DNA of 64,000 bases from Klebsormidium nitens. Taxonomy: Eukaryota; Plantae; Klebsormidiophyceae. Both the position numbers and the translations under genes were made by a program. Positions 23,647-36,500 of the stretch are shown in pieces (the first letter of the stretch is position 1; every line of letters begins with the position of its first letter). The DNA lies in NCBI GenBank assembly GCA_000708835.1, contig DF237039.1, positions 62,001 to 126,000 on the forward strand. Reading direction: 5' to 3'. Below the pieces are notes generated by a model. The model saw nothing but the letters and a program-made list of their open reading frames with translations, was not told the DNA's origin and did not search any database.

Positions 23647-24067
23647 TCGACCGAACCCCACCAGACTCCAGTCGGTTGCTTGGAGTGCGGGTGGTTCAAT
23701 GGTTTCGTCGAACCGCTGTTCGATTCCGAGGGCGAAAGTCGGCGAAATGTTCGGATAGGCCTACCTAGCTAGTCAAAGTGGTCGAAGACCCGAAGCTACT
23801 GTAGCGCGAAGTACCCGGTAATGTTACCATTCCGCGTTTGATGGATGAGGACATGGCAATTATAATTTAGAAATTAGCAATAATATCATCAACGAGAATG
23901 CAATCATTATAATAATCAGCAAATATTTGTTCCGCTGTTCCGGTCATGCAAGCTGCCGGAATTAGCTTCGCTCTATTCTGCACCAGCAGACTTCGTAACT
24001 TTCCATTTTCTGCAAGCTGGCTGAGCAGCGCGAGCTCCTTCCCCATTCTTCTGCCGGTAGAGGTCGG

Positions 24068-24087
24068 NNNNNNNNNNNNNNNNNNNN
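24068..24087. other. Assembly gap (20 N)
   Basis: Run of n characters in the sequence. Confidence 1.
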
Positions 24088-24247
24088 GCCCTCAATGTCA
24101 TTCTTCCGGAACGTCTCTAAAATTAATATTAATATCATAGCAGTGCCTCTTTTAAGCTTGATCAGGGCGCATCAAAGCGTGAGTATCACCACTCAAGACG
24201 CCCCGAGCCAAAGCAGTCATCGTTTAGGTTCTCCAGCGACGGTGCTG

Positions 24248-26716
24248 ATGATGGCTGGCCAGTTGATGCAGAGCGTATTTGGCAAAAAGGAAGACCCAGG
24301 AGAAGGGGTGAGAAATTTCCATCCTACTCCTGCCTTGCACAAGTTGAAGTTTGGAATTCCATGTCTCCAAGCTCCCCCAAGTCAGTTGTCAAGGAGCCAA
24401 AGCAAAGCTTGTGTGCTCCGGGAGTCCCTTGTTTGGGAGAAGCGCAGTTCCTTGATCACAGTTGCTTGCAAAACTGACTTTAGCTCCATTGCACACCAGC
24501 AGTTTCTTTAGGGCTTGAACATTGGTACTTCTTCAACTGCGGGGCTGCTTTGAGTCACATCTCTTGATGCTGCCGGTCCAGTGCAGACGACAATATGAGA
24601 AAGTATGCTGAGCTTTTCCTTTCTAGATTCTGGGGAATTCAGCATGCTTTCATTAGTTGGATCTTGCCCAGCTTTAGGGATAGGGTTCGATGTTGAGATT
24701 TATGTCGGCCCATCGATCAATTCAGACGCACCACCCAAGCAGAAGCCATTCCTCATTTTCGAAAAGTGGCACACATTCCACTGGATTCGGTCGGCTAATT
24801 GAATTTATCTGTCAAGGGTGCTTGATTTGTGCAATCAAAATTCAATGTGCTGCGTCATTTGGACCGAGGTTGATTGGCTCTTTCTGCTTTTCGAAGCCTT
24901 TCTGCCCGGGTCTCCAACGTGCAGGTTGAGTTTTGGAACAGCCCAGAGAGAGCAGGTTGGCTCATGAAACAAGGTGGGTTTCTGTGCCCCCATCGCATCT
25001 GCGGAAAAGCGCACCACCCGCATTGCGTTTTCTGTCTTTTCTTTTCTTGAGGAGGATTATAAGTGCGTTCTGCGATTGATGCATTAGCGTAAGGACATCG
25101 CATCCGAGTGGAATTGCTAACATCTGTTGCTATGCTTGTCAAATATCCCCGATTATCTGGTACAATCAAGCCCACTTCATTAATATACCTGGACAAGCAT
25201 TGTTCTTTTCCTAGACCTGCCCAAACTCTGAACTGCTGCGTCAATCTTTGAATGACTCTGAAGCATCCCATGCTGATTTCAGACAAACATACTGAAATGA
25301 AGGCAACGCTGGGAGTCTTTTGGTCAGAAGTGAAGCATCACAATTGAGAAGTTTTGCAGAAACTTGCGCCCCACAAATACCAGGACGTCTTTTAGGAACG
25401 ATTCTTGCAACACTTTCTTTTTAAAATCGCTGAACCTGGATCACAGGAGAGTACATCAAGACCTGGAGGCGACGCTGGTTTGTCCTGAAAGACGGCAAGA
25501 TCTTCTGGTTCAAAGACGAAAGAGTCAGCAGGGTAAGTCGCTCCGACCCGGACTTTTGAACCAAGCAGTTGTGCTTTCATTGTTCTGGCAAGGTTGTGAA
25601 TTCCATATTCGATGTGGTGGCAGGCATTGACTTGCAACGGGTCACCTGGCTGCCTGTTCGTCGAATCCTCTGTCTCAATCTCACGGCGTCTCTTATAGAG
25701 GCCGGGCTTTTTGCAGTCTTTGAGGAGGCTTTACAGGGAAAGCTGAGTCGATCACTCCTGCCCAGTGCGTCAGTCAGAATCCCATTGAGGGTGACTTTCT
25801 CGGAACTAGAACGTTCTCCCTGTTGAGAGGAGTATGAGCATGCGTCTCGTTCCTAAAGAAGGGATTCAACTGGGGTTCGACTGAAGTCAGTCGCTCAAGT
25901 TTCGAATCAGGTCAACACGTCAGTCGACGTGTGAGCCAGTAGTAGGGTCTTACCATAGTTTGACCTTGTCAAGTCATTTTGGGAGAGTAAACGTGGGCCA
26001 AGCTCATTGGATTAGAGCTCCCTTTTGCACATCTTGCAGTCCTCTGTTCCCCGGGGGGTAATCCCAGTCAAGGAGTGCCTGACGATAAAGGGCGCGGAGG
26101 ATGCTATCAACAAGCCGCACGCGTTCGAGCTTTCCACGGTGCAGGACACGTTCTTCTTCATAGCGGATTCAGATAAGGTGAGCTGACGGTGATACGGCCA
26201 TCAACCCGTGCAACTAGCATGATCAATGTTGGTTATCTGAAAGCATGAAGCCAAAGTAGTTGATTCAACTAACTGAAGGACATACCGTTTCGAATTGCTT
26301 CTTGTCGTGAGCACATTGTTCGTCATCAGGGCGTTAAGGAGGGAGGATAATGGACGCATGTGATTTCCCCTGCATTGTGGGAAGGTTACAGAAAGACAAC
26401 TTCGTTCGGCAACCTGGTGACTTTGCACCGATTCGCTGTGCCAATGATCTGGTCCTTTTACATTAGTCCGTGCGTCAAAAAGACGCCATTCTCCATCGTG
26501 TTGATTGCTCGTGGACCCTTTGTTGCTGCCACCGGTTCCCTTCTTCTTTCACCCTCCGCCGTCAAGTCAAGCTGCACTCCTCACTCTTCAACCGTGCAAT
26601 GCTTGCTGATTGCGCACGCACACGCACAGGAAAAGGAGGACTGGATCAATGCGGTGGGCCGGTCGATCGTGCGGCGATCGCGGTCTGTCACAGAACGGGA
26701 GGTGCTGGACTACTGA
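24248..26716 (+). CDS. PH1: Small pleckstrin-homology-domain protein, AtPH1-like; exons 24248-24307, 24925-24973, 25447-25532, 26040-26177, 26630-26716; about 139 aa
   Basis: VEFWNSPERAGWLMKQG|EYIKTWRRRWFVLKDGKIFWFKD...PRGVIPVKECLTIKGAEDAINKPHAFELS...FFIADSDK|EKEDWINAVGRSIVRRSRSVTEREVLDY; exon sum 420 nt in frame; start could be ATG 24248 or 24251. Confidence 0.95.
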
Positions 26717-28143
26717 CGCGCGCGTTCGGGTTACGAAAAGCTCTTTCCAGCAGTCTCTGGCGCGCTTCCTCTCGCTTGCACGAGCAACTCGAATGATGTT
26801 CGTAATCAAGATTTATCATGGAAGCTTGCAATGTTCCTGATATGCAGTCAATTACTGGGTCTGCCGCCAATGCTTCTGACTGCAAGCTGCTGTGATCGCT
26901 TAGAGAGGGCAGGATTGGGGGCGTTACTTGCGTCGAGGTGTTGAGCTTTTAGCGGGAGGGTTGTGGACGGGTCGTGAGTGAAGTTGGCGGAGCGGTGTAC
27001 AAATACTGATAGACAATGTGTACATGTTATATACTTGGAACATTACGGATACGAGTACTTTGTGTCGCTTGACATATGTAACGTTTAACTCAGTCAGACG
27101 TACGTACAGATCGAATCGCAGGATCACCTGGCACCTGCAACTGTCCCAGCGCTCTGGCTTGCGCACACTGATGTTGATTGAGAATGTGTGCAATGCATCC
27201 ACCAAAATTACCCTGACAGCAGCATTAGGTACCTCGTAGAATGCCACAGACGGTGACAGCCTCCGCCGAGCACAGCACGCACGCCGAATATGAGTGGGCA
27301 TGCGAGTCGTTAGTGTCCTGACTGGGAGGAACCGTCATGCCTATATAAGCTGATTTTGATTATTCAAATTAACTTGTAAGCTATAGTAGAGGCGATCCGC
27401 GCATGTGTGTGCCGCGTTGCATATGCTGCTTTCAAGCTCCCGTGGCGCGCCAGTGGCTCATGTGCTGGCATGTTGAGAGCCTGCTTGCAACAATCTACGA
27501 TCTGGGTCATCCGAGAATGTTAGTGCAGTGCATGGGCGCGCCGACTTGCCCGGCATGCATGCGCAAAGGATCTGCGGAAGTCTGTGGCCGCTCGCATTGA
27601 TTGGACGGAGTTCTCAATCAACGCATGTGCAGCTGCCCGCTCGCAATCTTGGCCGTCAACATGGTTGCGTGTAAGCATGTGCAGGGTAGATGCGATCATG
27701 CCCACGCACCTGGATTCCATGCACCTGGACTCTTCAACGGTGGACTCTTCAACGGGAAACTGGATAATCACCAATTTGTGTGGCTTGTCGATTGTCACGA
27801 CGTACGTTTTGATTCCATTGAAAGCCCGAACCTGATGTATATAGCTCTACCATCCGGGTTCCTATGCTCAGTCCGGCCCGAAAACTGCAAACGTATGCTC
27901 ATCAACTGCAACCATCGAGGCAGCCGCCAAGCTCTGGGCATGAGCATTGCCGTAAAAATCTTTTGAACCACGACGAGTCTGGGACTTGATGCAAAAAGCC
28001 CGGACAACGGGATGATTGTTCGGAGGTAGGTTGACTTCTTGGCCCCTCATTGCAAGCAGATAACAAGGAATGGCGCCAGTCGAATCCTATTCTCAATTCA
28101 GTGGTCGCATCTCATCATCCACTCGCACGGATTGAGGGTTCCC

Positions 28144-31100
28144 TTAGGATGAGCCATAAGCACTCTTTGCATTCCTAACGTCTCTGTCAAAAAGCAGGCT
28201 TAACAAAGTGGAGTTTCGTACTAGCGATGCAAAAGCTGCGACTCCTAGAACGAAAGCCGCAGACACAACTGCAGGCACAAAAAGGTTGTAGCCCCGTTAG
28301 CTTTTTCCTGCCGGGCAAAAATCGATTGCCAACTCTACCGCAGAAAGCAATCAAAGCGGGCTTGCTTCACGTAAGCTCAAGGACGTTCATCAGAGCTTTC
28401 GAGTACACGCAGTAGAGTGAGCCAAGTACGGTCTCAGCCTCCCTTCATAGCGACTACTCTTCCAGAGGTTTGAGGCCCTGTTCTGGATGCAAAGACTACC
28501 ATGATTGATGCAGTCAGCTTTTCAACAGATAATTCTGGAACCTTTGTAATCAATCAAAGAACAATAAAGATATCTTTCACAAATAGCATATCACAATGAC
28601 GTGGTCCCAGAAACTCGCCACAAATTCGCGCACAAAGCGGGTCGAGCGGGATCCCCGAGAAATGTCTTCAGAAAACCTGATAATCTGGAAATGAGCCTGG
28701 GCGAGTCTGGAGCATCTTGCTCGTCAACAAGGAATCCAGGAAACAGTCCTAAAGTTGATTCGAGCTCGATGATGTGAATTCTTAGGACCGCTTCTTGGAT
28801 TTTCATTCCCTCTCAGGACGGAGCGGTCCAACGTGCAAGCAGCAGGGAGACTCGTACCGTACGATTTTGACAGACCGATGCCACAGGAAATGTTTTTGCC
28901 ATGACATCCTATTGCACAGCCTGCGTGCTTGGAAGTACCTAAGAAACGAATGTCCATATACTACAGTTTTGCAAATACGACAACGTAAGAAAGTAGGTTG
29001 CCAGGATTGAGAAGCGGCGTGGGTTAGTCACCTCGTCGATGCGGGTGCCGAGGGATTGCGCCCAGATCTGGGAACCCCATGACGTTGCAAAACACGTGGG
29101 CGACGATCGGGCACAAGAGATGCCCTGCGAGGACCCATTCACACCGCTGTCATCATAGCTGCAGCAGGCGGTGGGAATGTGCTCCAGCGTCAGAGCTTTA
29201 GAATTCACACGCTTTGGCTGATGACACAATCAAGAGGAGGCTCCCGAAGGAAAGCAGTTTGTGATTATAAGCTTTTAGCCACAGATCTGAGGCGCCAACT
29301 TGCATCTGTTGTTATGCATCCGTTTTTGGGGCACAACTAAGACTGATAGAGGCAAGTCGAGCTTTCCGCTTCAGTAGATTGAGCGCTTTATTAGCGTGCT
29401 TACTTCTTTGGAACACTGCGGCGATGCCCCAGATTCTCAGCTCTTGCGAAATGTTTCAACTTTCTAAATGAGCTACCACGGAAGAGTCGAGATTTGAAAG
29501 TGGTCGAGCGTGCGAAAATCCAGTTTTACCAGAGACACGTGCACTCCGTCGCGTCACTCTCACCTGTCCGCACCAGCAAAAAGGCCGCGTACCAACCGAA
29601 TAGGGTCGTGTACGTCATCTGCAACACTGCACGGCAACAGACGAGGGGTGGCGTGAAAAGCAGGCACGAGCTCTTGATTCCGATTCTTGTCACCGTGACA
29701 GCAAGGCATCCATTTACTCAAATCTGCGCAACTGCAGGTGCCGTTCACGGTAAATCAAGACCCCGTTTAAGTACACTTTTCTATATGGTTGGGGAGTAAT
29801 AAGTTCAGCACCGTTTTGAAGAAAGGGACTTTTCAGTCGATATTGTGCTTATAATCTGGAGTGCATTTTCAGAGCGCACATGTTATAAAAAGGGGACTTT
29901 TCAGTCGGAAGCGACCTGAACGTCGTTTTAAGACCGTACTGAATCCGGGTCCCAAATTCACAGTAGTTGAAGCACAAAGACCATTACGTTCTTCCTTCTT
30001 ATCTGGTGCGAAAGAATAATGAAGGGAACCCACCTAGAGTCAGGACTGCCAGAACAATGGGCTGCCGCTGGTAGTATACAAGGTCCCAAAAGTGGTGTAA
30101 GTGGGCTGCACAGAACATACGCAAACGCGAATTAAGACCAAGGCTCCACATAACACAGAGCTGATGTATTGATGAAACTATCATCTTAACCTTTTTTCTG
30201 CTTCCATCTGCAGGGCGTGATGCTCGGGGAGCATGGGAAGATACCAAGGACAGGGCTCGTGACGCAACCAGATAGGAAAATAGTCTAAATTAGTCTGTGA
30301 ATAACAATTTTGCAAAGACAGTCGAGTCAGTCCCTTGGACACATACAGAAATTGTTCCCATCATTGTTGAACATGTGGTTATGAAAGTGACCTGAACAAG
30401 ACACGTGACGTTGCATCAAACGATGGCGGACTTTCCGGGATTGAGAGTGAAAACAGCTTGTCACGTTCCAAGCAACTCGAAGTTTTGCTCGCCCTAACTA
30501 GTACGATGCTGCAATAAGCTCGAACGAGTATGGCCTTTCTTTTGCCTTCGAATCACCATGCCCAGGACGAGAATGTCGTTCTGAAGCAACTTTTGACATG
30601 GCAGGCGAAGGATTTCATTGAAGGCTTTTTCTGTCATCAAGTAGAATGGACCATCGTAGCTTGATCTGCTTTGCCCGGTCTCGTCATCCCTTCTCGTTCA
30701 CTTTTGCCATTTAATTCTTCTGCCTAAGCAGAGAGGCCGCTCAACTGTTTGGTCGAGTTGAAAAAATTGTTCCAGCGCCAAGGCTTAGCAACTCACCGAC
30801 AGCAAAGAAGACCGGGCATATGAGGACGGCATGCTTGGTCGAGAAGCCCCCTTGTCGCAGAATCTCCCCAATGCAAGCCCGGAAAACGAACTCCTCAGTC
30901 ACGGGCGCCTGCAAGATGCGGGGCAAGGGGGTCAGAGCTGGTATTCGTGGCCCGCTAGCAGCAGGCTGTTCGAAGCCCATCAGGAAAGTACCCACATGGT
31001 GAAGGCTGAGAGAAGGTCCTATCGAGCCCCACAGAAACCTTATTCCAAAGATCTTTGTTTTGGGCTGAAAAAGATGAAAGAATCCATCTCTAATAAAGCA

Positions 31101-32723
31101 CGAGTACTGACGTGTTCACTGTCTCGAGGCTTGGAAACAGACAGGTTCGCTTGGAGCTGTGTCGTGACAATACTTGGCGAATGATGGGGTTACGATCAAC
31201 TCGTTCCGAAGCCTGTGCATGGTCCGTGGAAGAACGCCCACAATCAAAAGCCGTCTCGCATTTGTGCGCCCACTTTACAAAATCAATTGCAGCTTTTCAG
31301 AAGCCAGTAGTTCGAGAGTCCCTCCAGGTCAATATGATTCCCAACGGACCCTTTTGTGGTTCTTGTTGCCGGAAGTACAATAAGCGCACTGTTCCCACGA
31401 CCAGTGGCTTTTGGGAATGTAATCTCGACACAAATAGGCATGCCAAGTTCTTTTATCTAAGAAACAGAAGGCTGCCGGCCGATATTGAAGATAGTTCAGC
31501 AGGAATACAGGCAGAAAGCTGATAAGACAAGAACAGTAACACGAACGAAAAAGAGAGACGTACCACCACTAGATTCCGCCATGTGAGAATGTCCGAGACC
31601 AGCGCAACCGCTTTCCGTCGTGCTTCCTCCAACCCCCTTTTTCGCACAACAGGCTTAACTTGGCTCCGGAATTCATCTTCGTCTGACCCTGTCATCAGAC
31701 TTTCCCCGCTTGCTTTTTCGTACGGTCCGGTAGCCGCTGTATCGGCCGCTCCAACTTCCGATGTGTTCGGCGGTCCAAGAGCCCACATCAGGAGGGGCCC
31801 CAGGAAGAGGGTTGCCGTCAATAGGAGGGGGTATAGGCTGGCTGCAATCTGGAAAGGCTGCCTTTGGTTTCCAATGATTGGCGGGAAAGCTCAGCCAAGC
31901 AAAGCTCTAATGCTCAAGAAAGGGGTTGCAGATTTCTGAACTCCAGGCCTTTGATCATCGTGATGGAACCAACAAAAGGCAGCCTTTTGAAAACCAGCCG
32001 ATGGATATATTCTGCTTGGACAGTAAGCTCTTTCTTCCTTTCGATGAGGGTAGCGACCTGGCTTCATCATAACCTCTCAAACCAGCGGAAGAAGTGGTGT
32101 GACGCACTCACCAGGTTGTCAGTACGTAGCCCCAAGGATTGCCACAAGGTGGTGTCAATTGGGGTTGTCACCTGCGAAGAATGCCCCTGACGAATCATGA
32201 ACTTCATCGAAAGGTACTCACTGCGGAGCCAGGATGCTCTGCGCACTGTTAAGTGGTGCTGGCCTTCCTGAAGAGATAAGTAGCCCCAGCCAGTGGCAGC
32301 CTTCGAAGAGTCTGCCATACTCTTAACACAAAGCATTCAGTTCTCATTGACTAGAAGTGGAGACTATTTCACATAGAAATCAGCCAGAGACCATGTCACA
32401 CACGATTTGGACAGGGCTCGTCAACTGAAGACCCTGACTTCAGACGTTCAGGGTGGACTATAAAGATGGAGAAGGGCAAGAAACTAGAAGTGGACAGCAG
32501 TGGAGCGCCACACCTCTCCTGCCCGTCTTGTGGTGCTCACAATGAACGGGGCAACTGCGCACGCCACAGTCACGCCGGCAAACCTCCGCCGCACCACTGC
32601 CGGATCATCGCGGGAGCCCCCGGCTTTAGTGCGAAAGAGGAAGGAACCAACATACAAACTTGAAACATACAGCGAGGCAGTCAAGACGCACGTCGCGATC
32701 GCCCCGCTTGGGGAAATCACCAT
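28144..32723 (-). CDS. RCE1: CAAX prenyl protease 2 (RCE1/FACE2); exons 32723-32541, 32267-32247 (uncertain micro-exon), 32171-32112, 31848-31564, 30908-30797, 30105-30034, 29626-29564, 29124-29032, 28268-28144; about 337 aa
   Basis: RDDPAVVRRRF, WRNLVV|APVTEEFVFRAC, PVFFAVAHLHH, QMTYTTLFGWYAAFLLVRTGHL, AHVFCNVMGFP: the EExxFR, FxxxH and HxxCN catalytic motifs of the CPBP/Abi family. Confidence 0.93.
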
Positions 32724-33565
32724 TGCTGGTCTTGATACTACGGTAGAAAAGGGACTTCGATGATCACCAAGCGTGATGGACTCGATTGACAGATGAATTC
32801 TTTGACCTACCCTACAGAGTGCTCATTCTGCCCTATGCTACATCCGAAGTTTCTGTAGTACTTGACCAATGGGTGGCTAAAACATTGCATTTGCCACAGA
32901 CCCGGGAAAGACGCTATCCAGGTTAATGGGTGAAGACGCTTGCAGCTGCTACAATTAACTTCCGAGAAACCCTTGAGAACAGAAGTGCGCTCAGAATCGA
33001 TTCTCAAAAGCTCGTAGAGAACTCCCCCCTGTCTATACATGCCAAATCTACTAGTACAATGCTGCATTGAAAAGTGCTCAAGTGACGTGCGTCTTCCTCC
33101 TGCACGATCTAGAGCGAGACGCAATAACCGAGCTTGCACTGAATGCTCGGTAATGCTTGGTAAAGCTAATCAAACAGCTGTGGGGCTCGTTCGTACCCCC
33201 CAGTTTCCTGCCAATCAGAGAGCAGCCTTTGCGGCAGATGCATATCCGACCGTCGGTTTGGCGTGGCAGCACCACACTCCTTTGATGACCTGCAGAGGCT
33301 CAACTACCTCTATAGGTAAACTAGGTAGGTAGGTACCGGCCTATGAAATTTGCGATCATCACAATGCAGCTCGCATAAATTTCAATGTGGAATTGCCAAT
33401 TGCCAGAATTAGGGCGTGCAATTGCAACTTGCAAGTTCAACAGTGTTTCAGGTGTGGTGGCGCCAGCGCATTTTCTGAACGTCCCTTCTGAAACTCAAAG
33501 GCCTGGATCTGCGTCCAACTCGCTCCTGAGCTGCTGATCCAAAAGACGCATCGTGGGTCGCCAGT

Positions 33566-36500
33566 ATGGCCGGGGTTTCGAGGGCCCTCCTGGTTGTGCT
33601 GGGGTTGGCGCTTGTGTCGTCTACATTTGCGAAGGTGTACTTTGAAGAAAAGTTCGATGGTGAGATTGTCATCATCTCTGCCCTTTTTTTGATTGACAAC
33701 CCAATTCACTTGATCGTCACTAATTAAATAATTAGGGGAAGCAGCACCTCCTGAAGTGGACTGTAGCTGATTCATAATGTGGGTCAAGCAAGCACTATGG
33801 TCAGGACGAACATGGCGTCCACATCTTGTGTTCTGAAGCTTCCATATCAAGCAGACAATTTACGGGAGCGATGCTGCAGTCCAACTGCGGCAGACTTGTT
33901 CAATCGATTGCTCAAATCGCCAACATTAAAGAAACATCTGCCGCTCCTTAGAGAGTTTGAAGAAACATATTTCCATTCTGGGCGCCGGGTGCTGGCCGCC
34001 GCATACTGCTAAGTTGAGAGTCCTTTTTGCGCCAACCAGGGGCAAATGCAGCTCGGTCCAATTCTCACAAAGAATGCAGACTCCGCTAATGTACACAAAC
34101 ATTCTGGAAGTTTGGGTGATCAGTTCCTTTCTGGCGGTCACCTCTGTGTCGGTGGTTGGTAGTAATCTTTTAAACCTAGTCTTGCTTCAGAAGCAGCCTT
34201 GGGAATTACTACTATCTTGCACATTGCTTGGAGCCATAGAAACACTGCCGCATTCATCAAGCAGCTTACATCGAGACTTTTATGCACAGATGGCTGGGAA
34301 AAGCGGTGGGTGAAATCCAGCTGGAAAGAGAAGGAGGGCACCGCTGGGGAGTGGATCCACACAGCAGGGAAGTGGTATGGGGATGAGAAGGCAGACAAAG
34401 GTAAGTCCAACTGAAATTGATCTTCCTTGACTGATCTGAAAATCATCTCTACGAGCGTTGGAGTATTGACATCCTGAGCAGCTCGAGCCACTCTGCATTT
34501 GAAGCGAGCTTCGTAGGAAAGGCCCTGGCGCCTAAACTATGTGAGCGCTCGCACTTTGGGCTGAGTGCAGATTGGCATGGTCAGGATCATGGCACTGTTG
34601 TAAACCTGCAATTGGCTGATCTACAGCACAAATATAATTTGTGTGTGCCGGAGTGGTGGGCGCTTTGAGCACGCGGGGCTCAAAGTATTAGGTTTTGTCT
34701 GACCAAGCTTGGCTGTGGGAAAGATCAGCATAGCTAGGTGCCTGTGTCCCACCTTCTTCCTAAGTCTCTTCAGGTTGACCATTGGTATCCCTGGTCCACT
34801 CATCTGCTCATGGCGGTGGCATAACTGTTTTACTTGAGTGGTTGAATTTTTAATGGATTTTTCGGAAAGCATTAGGGTTTTGGAGTTGTCCGCCTACTCA
34901 TCTGGGCATGAACAATCTTGAGAGTGCAGTCATTGAACTTCCACCAAGCGTGCCCAAAAATACCCTTGGTACTCTCAAGATTTAGAATGGGTTTAATTGT
35001 AAGGCGCCTTTAAACAGTCTCTCTACCACCATCCATGAGCTTGCTTTCGCGTCCGCTTGCTGAGGGCCCGGAAACCCTGCCGCCTCGCTCCTCATCAACA
35101 TACTCCTTTCACCAATATCGAGTTCGTCTCTATCCAGAGCTGATGTCCTGCCAAATCCGCATTTACACTTTCTCGACTCTACGATTCCAAGATTTTCCAT
35201 GTAGACAAACCTTCAATCTCTCTGCAACCTTCCTTATTCTGTCAGGCATCCAGACCAGCCCCGACGCGCGCTTCTACGCAATCGCGGCGCCCCTTGCCAA
35301 ACCGTTGGACAATGCCGGCAAGGACCTCGTGCTGCAGTTCAGTGTGAAGCACGAGCAGAAACTAGACTGCGGTGGCGGGTACATCAAGCTGATGCCCGAC
35401 GTGGAGATCAAGGACTTTGGGGGTGACACAGACTACAGGTGAGGAAAGACAACTGAGAGCCTTCTAGCGTATTGCGAATCTGGATTTGGAGCAGCATACC
35501 AAGGAGCACTCCAGTAAAGCTTCTGCTGTATCATCCGTCATAGAAAAGGATGCAGTGGTGCGGTTTGCCTCAAACACAATTGCCAAGACTGGGACTGAAT
35601 GCTAGGATTATTTTCAGCTGCCCCAATGCGAGAAACAGAAATCTGCTTCTGTAGTGCCGCATCTTTGCAAATCGTCCTTCTCTTGCCATCATCTGTTTTT
35701 GGCCCCAATGTGAGCGGCTACACCAGCTGCTTGTCGGCCCTGTTGAACTCTACCGATTATACGTAATCACTTTGGAATAAATGAGAATAAGTCCCAAATC
35801 TACTGTCATGCGCTGATGACTTGTCTCTTTCCTCTCCCAGCATCATGTTCGGCCCCGACATCTGCGGCTACACGACCAAGAAGGTCCACGCCATCATCAC
35901 ATACAAGGGCAAGAACCTGCTACTCAAGCCAGAAGTGACGTGCGAGACAGACCAGCTGACGCACGTGTATACACTCGTAATCAAGCCCGACAACACGTAC
36001 AAGATCCTCATCGACAACGTTGAGAAGCGCTCCGGGGGGCTCTACGAGGACTGGGACTTCCTGGCGCCGCGGCAGATCGCGGACCCGGAGGCAAAGAAGG
36101 TCCGCTCTAGTTCATTTCTTCGCTGGCCTGGTTTCTGGGTCTTGATAATGAGATTTATGGAGAAGATAAAGAAGGGTTTGGTGCTGGGAAGGTCCGTCTG
36201 AGTCCTCTTTCCCGTTGATTTCCAAAGCTTGGAGGTGTAGTATTCGTAAGTATTCCTGATGAGTTGGCGTTTTGGAAAACTCGACTCTGTGCGCCGTGCC
36301 TGCCGGCTGTCGTTTCGCTCTTGCTTGGCCGCGCCAAAGGACATTTGTGAGAAGCAGCCGGAATTTGGTACAGGCAGAGCGTCTCTCTCATGGCTTCGTT
36401 TCTGTTGATTCGTTGTTCATGTGCGCTAGGCCAGTGGGGGGAATTTGAATGTAGAGAGGCGGAAAGAGTGGTTCGTCAGTTCAACCCTGAAGCGTTCGAA

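Noticed and set aside
23686-23760. Functional tRNA gene
   Set aside because: A- and B-box-like motifs are only 15 nt apart, leaving no room for an anticodon arm, and no acceptor stem pairing was found.
33200-33565. ER-stress element (CCAAT-N9-CCACG) in the calreticulin promoter
   Set aside because: The closest match (cgtgg-N9-atggc at ~33552) breaks the ATTGG half-site and overlaps the start codon.
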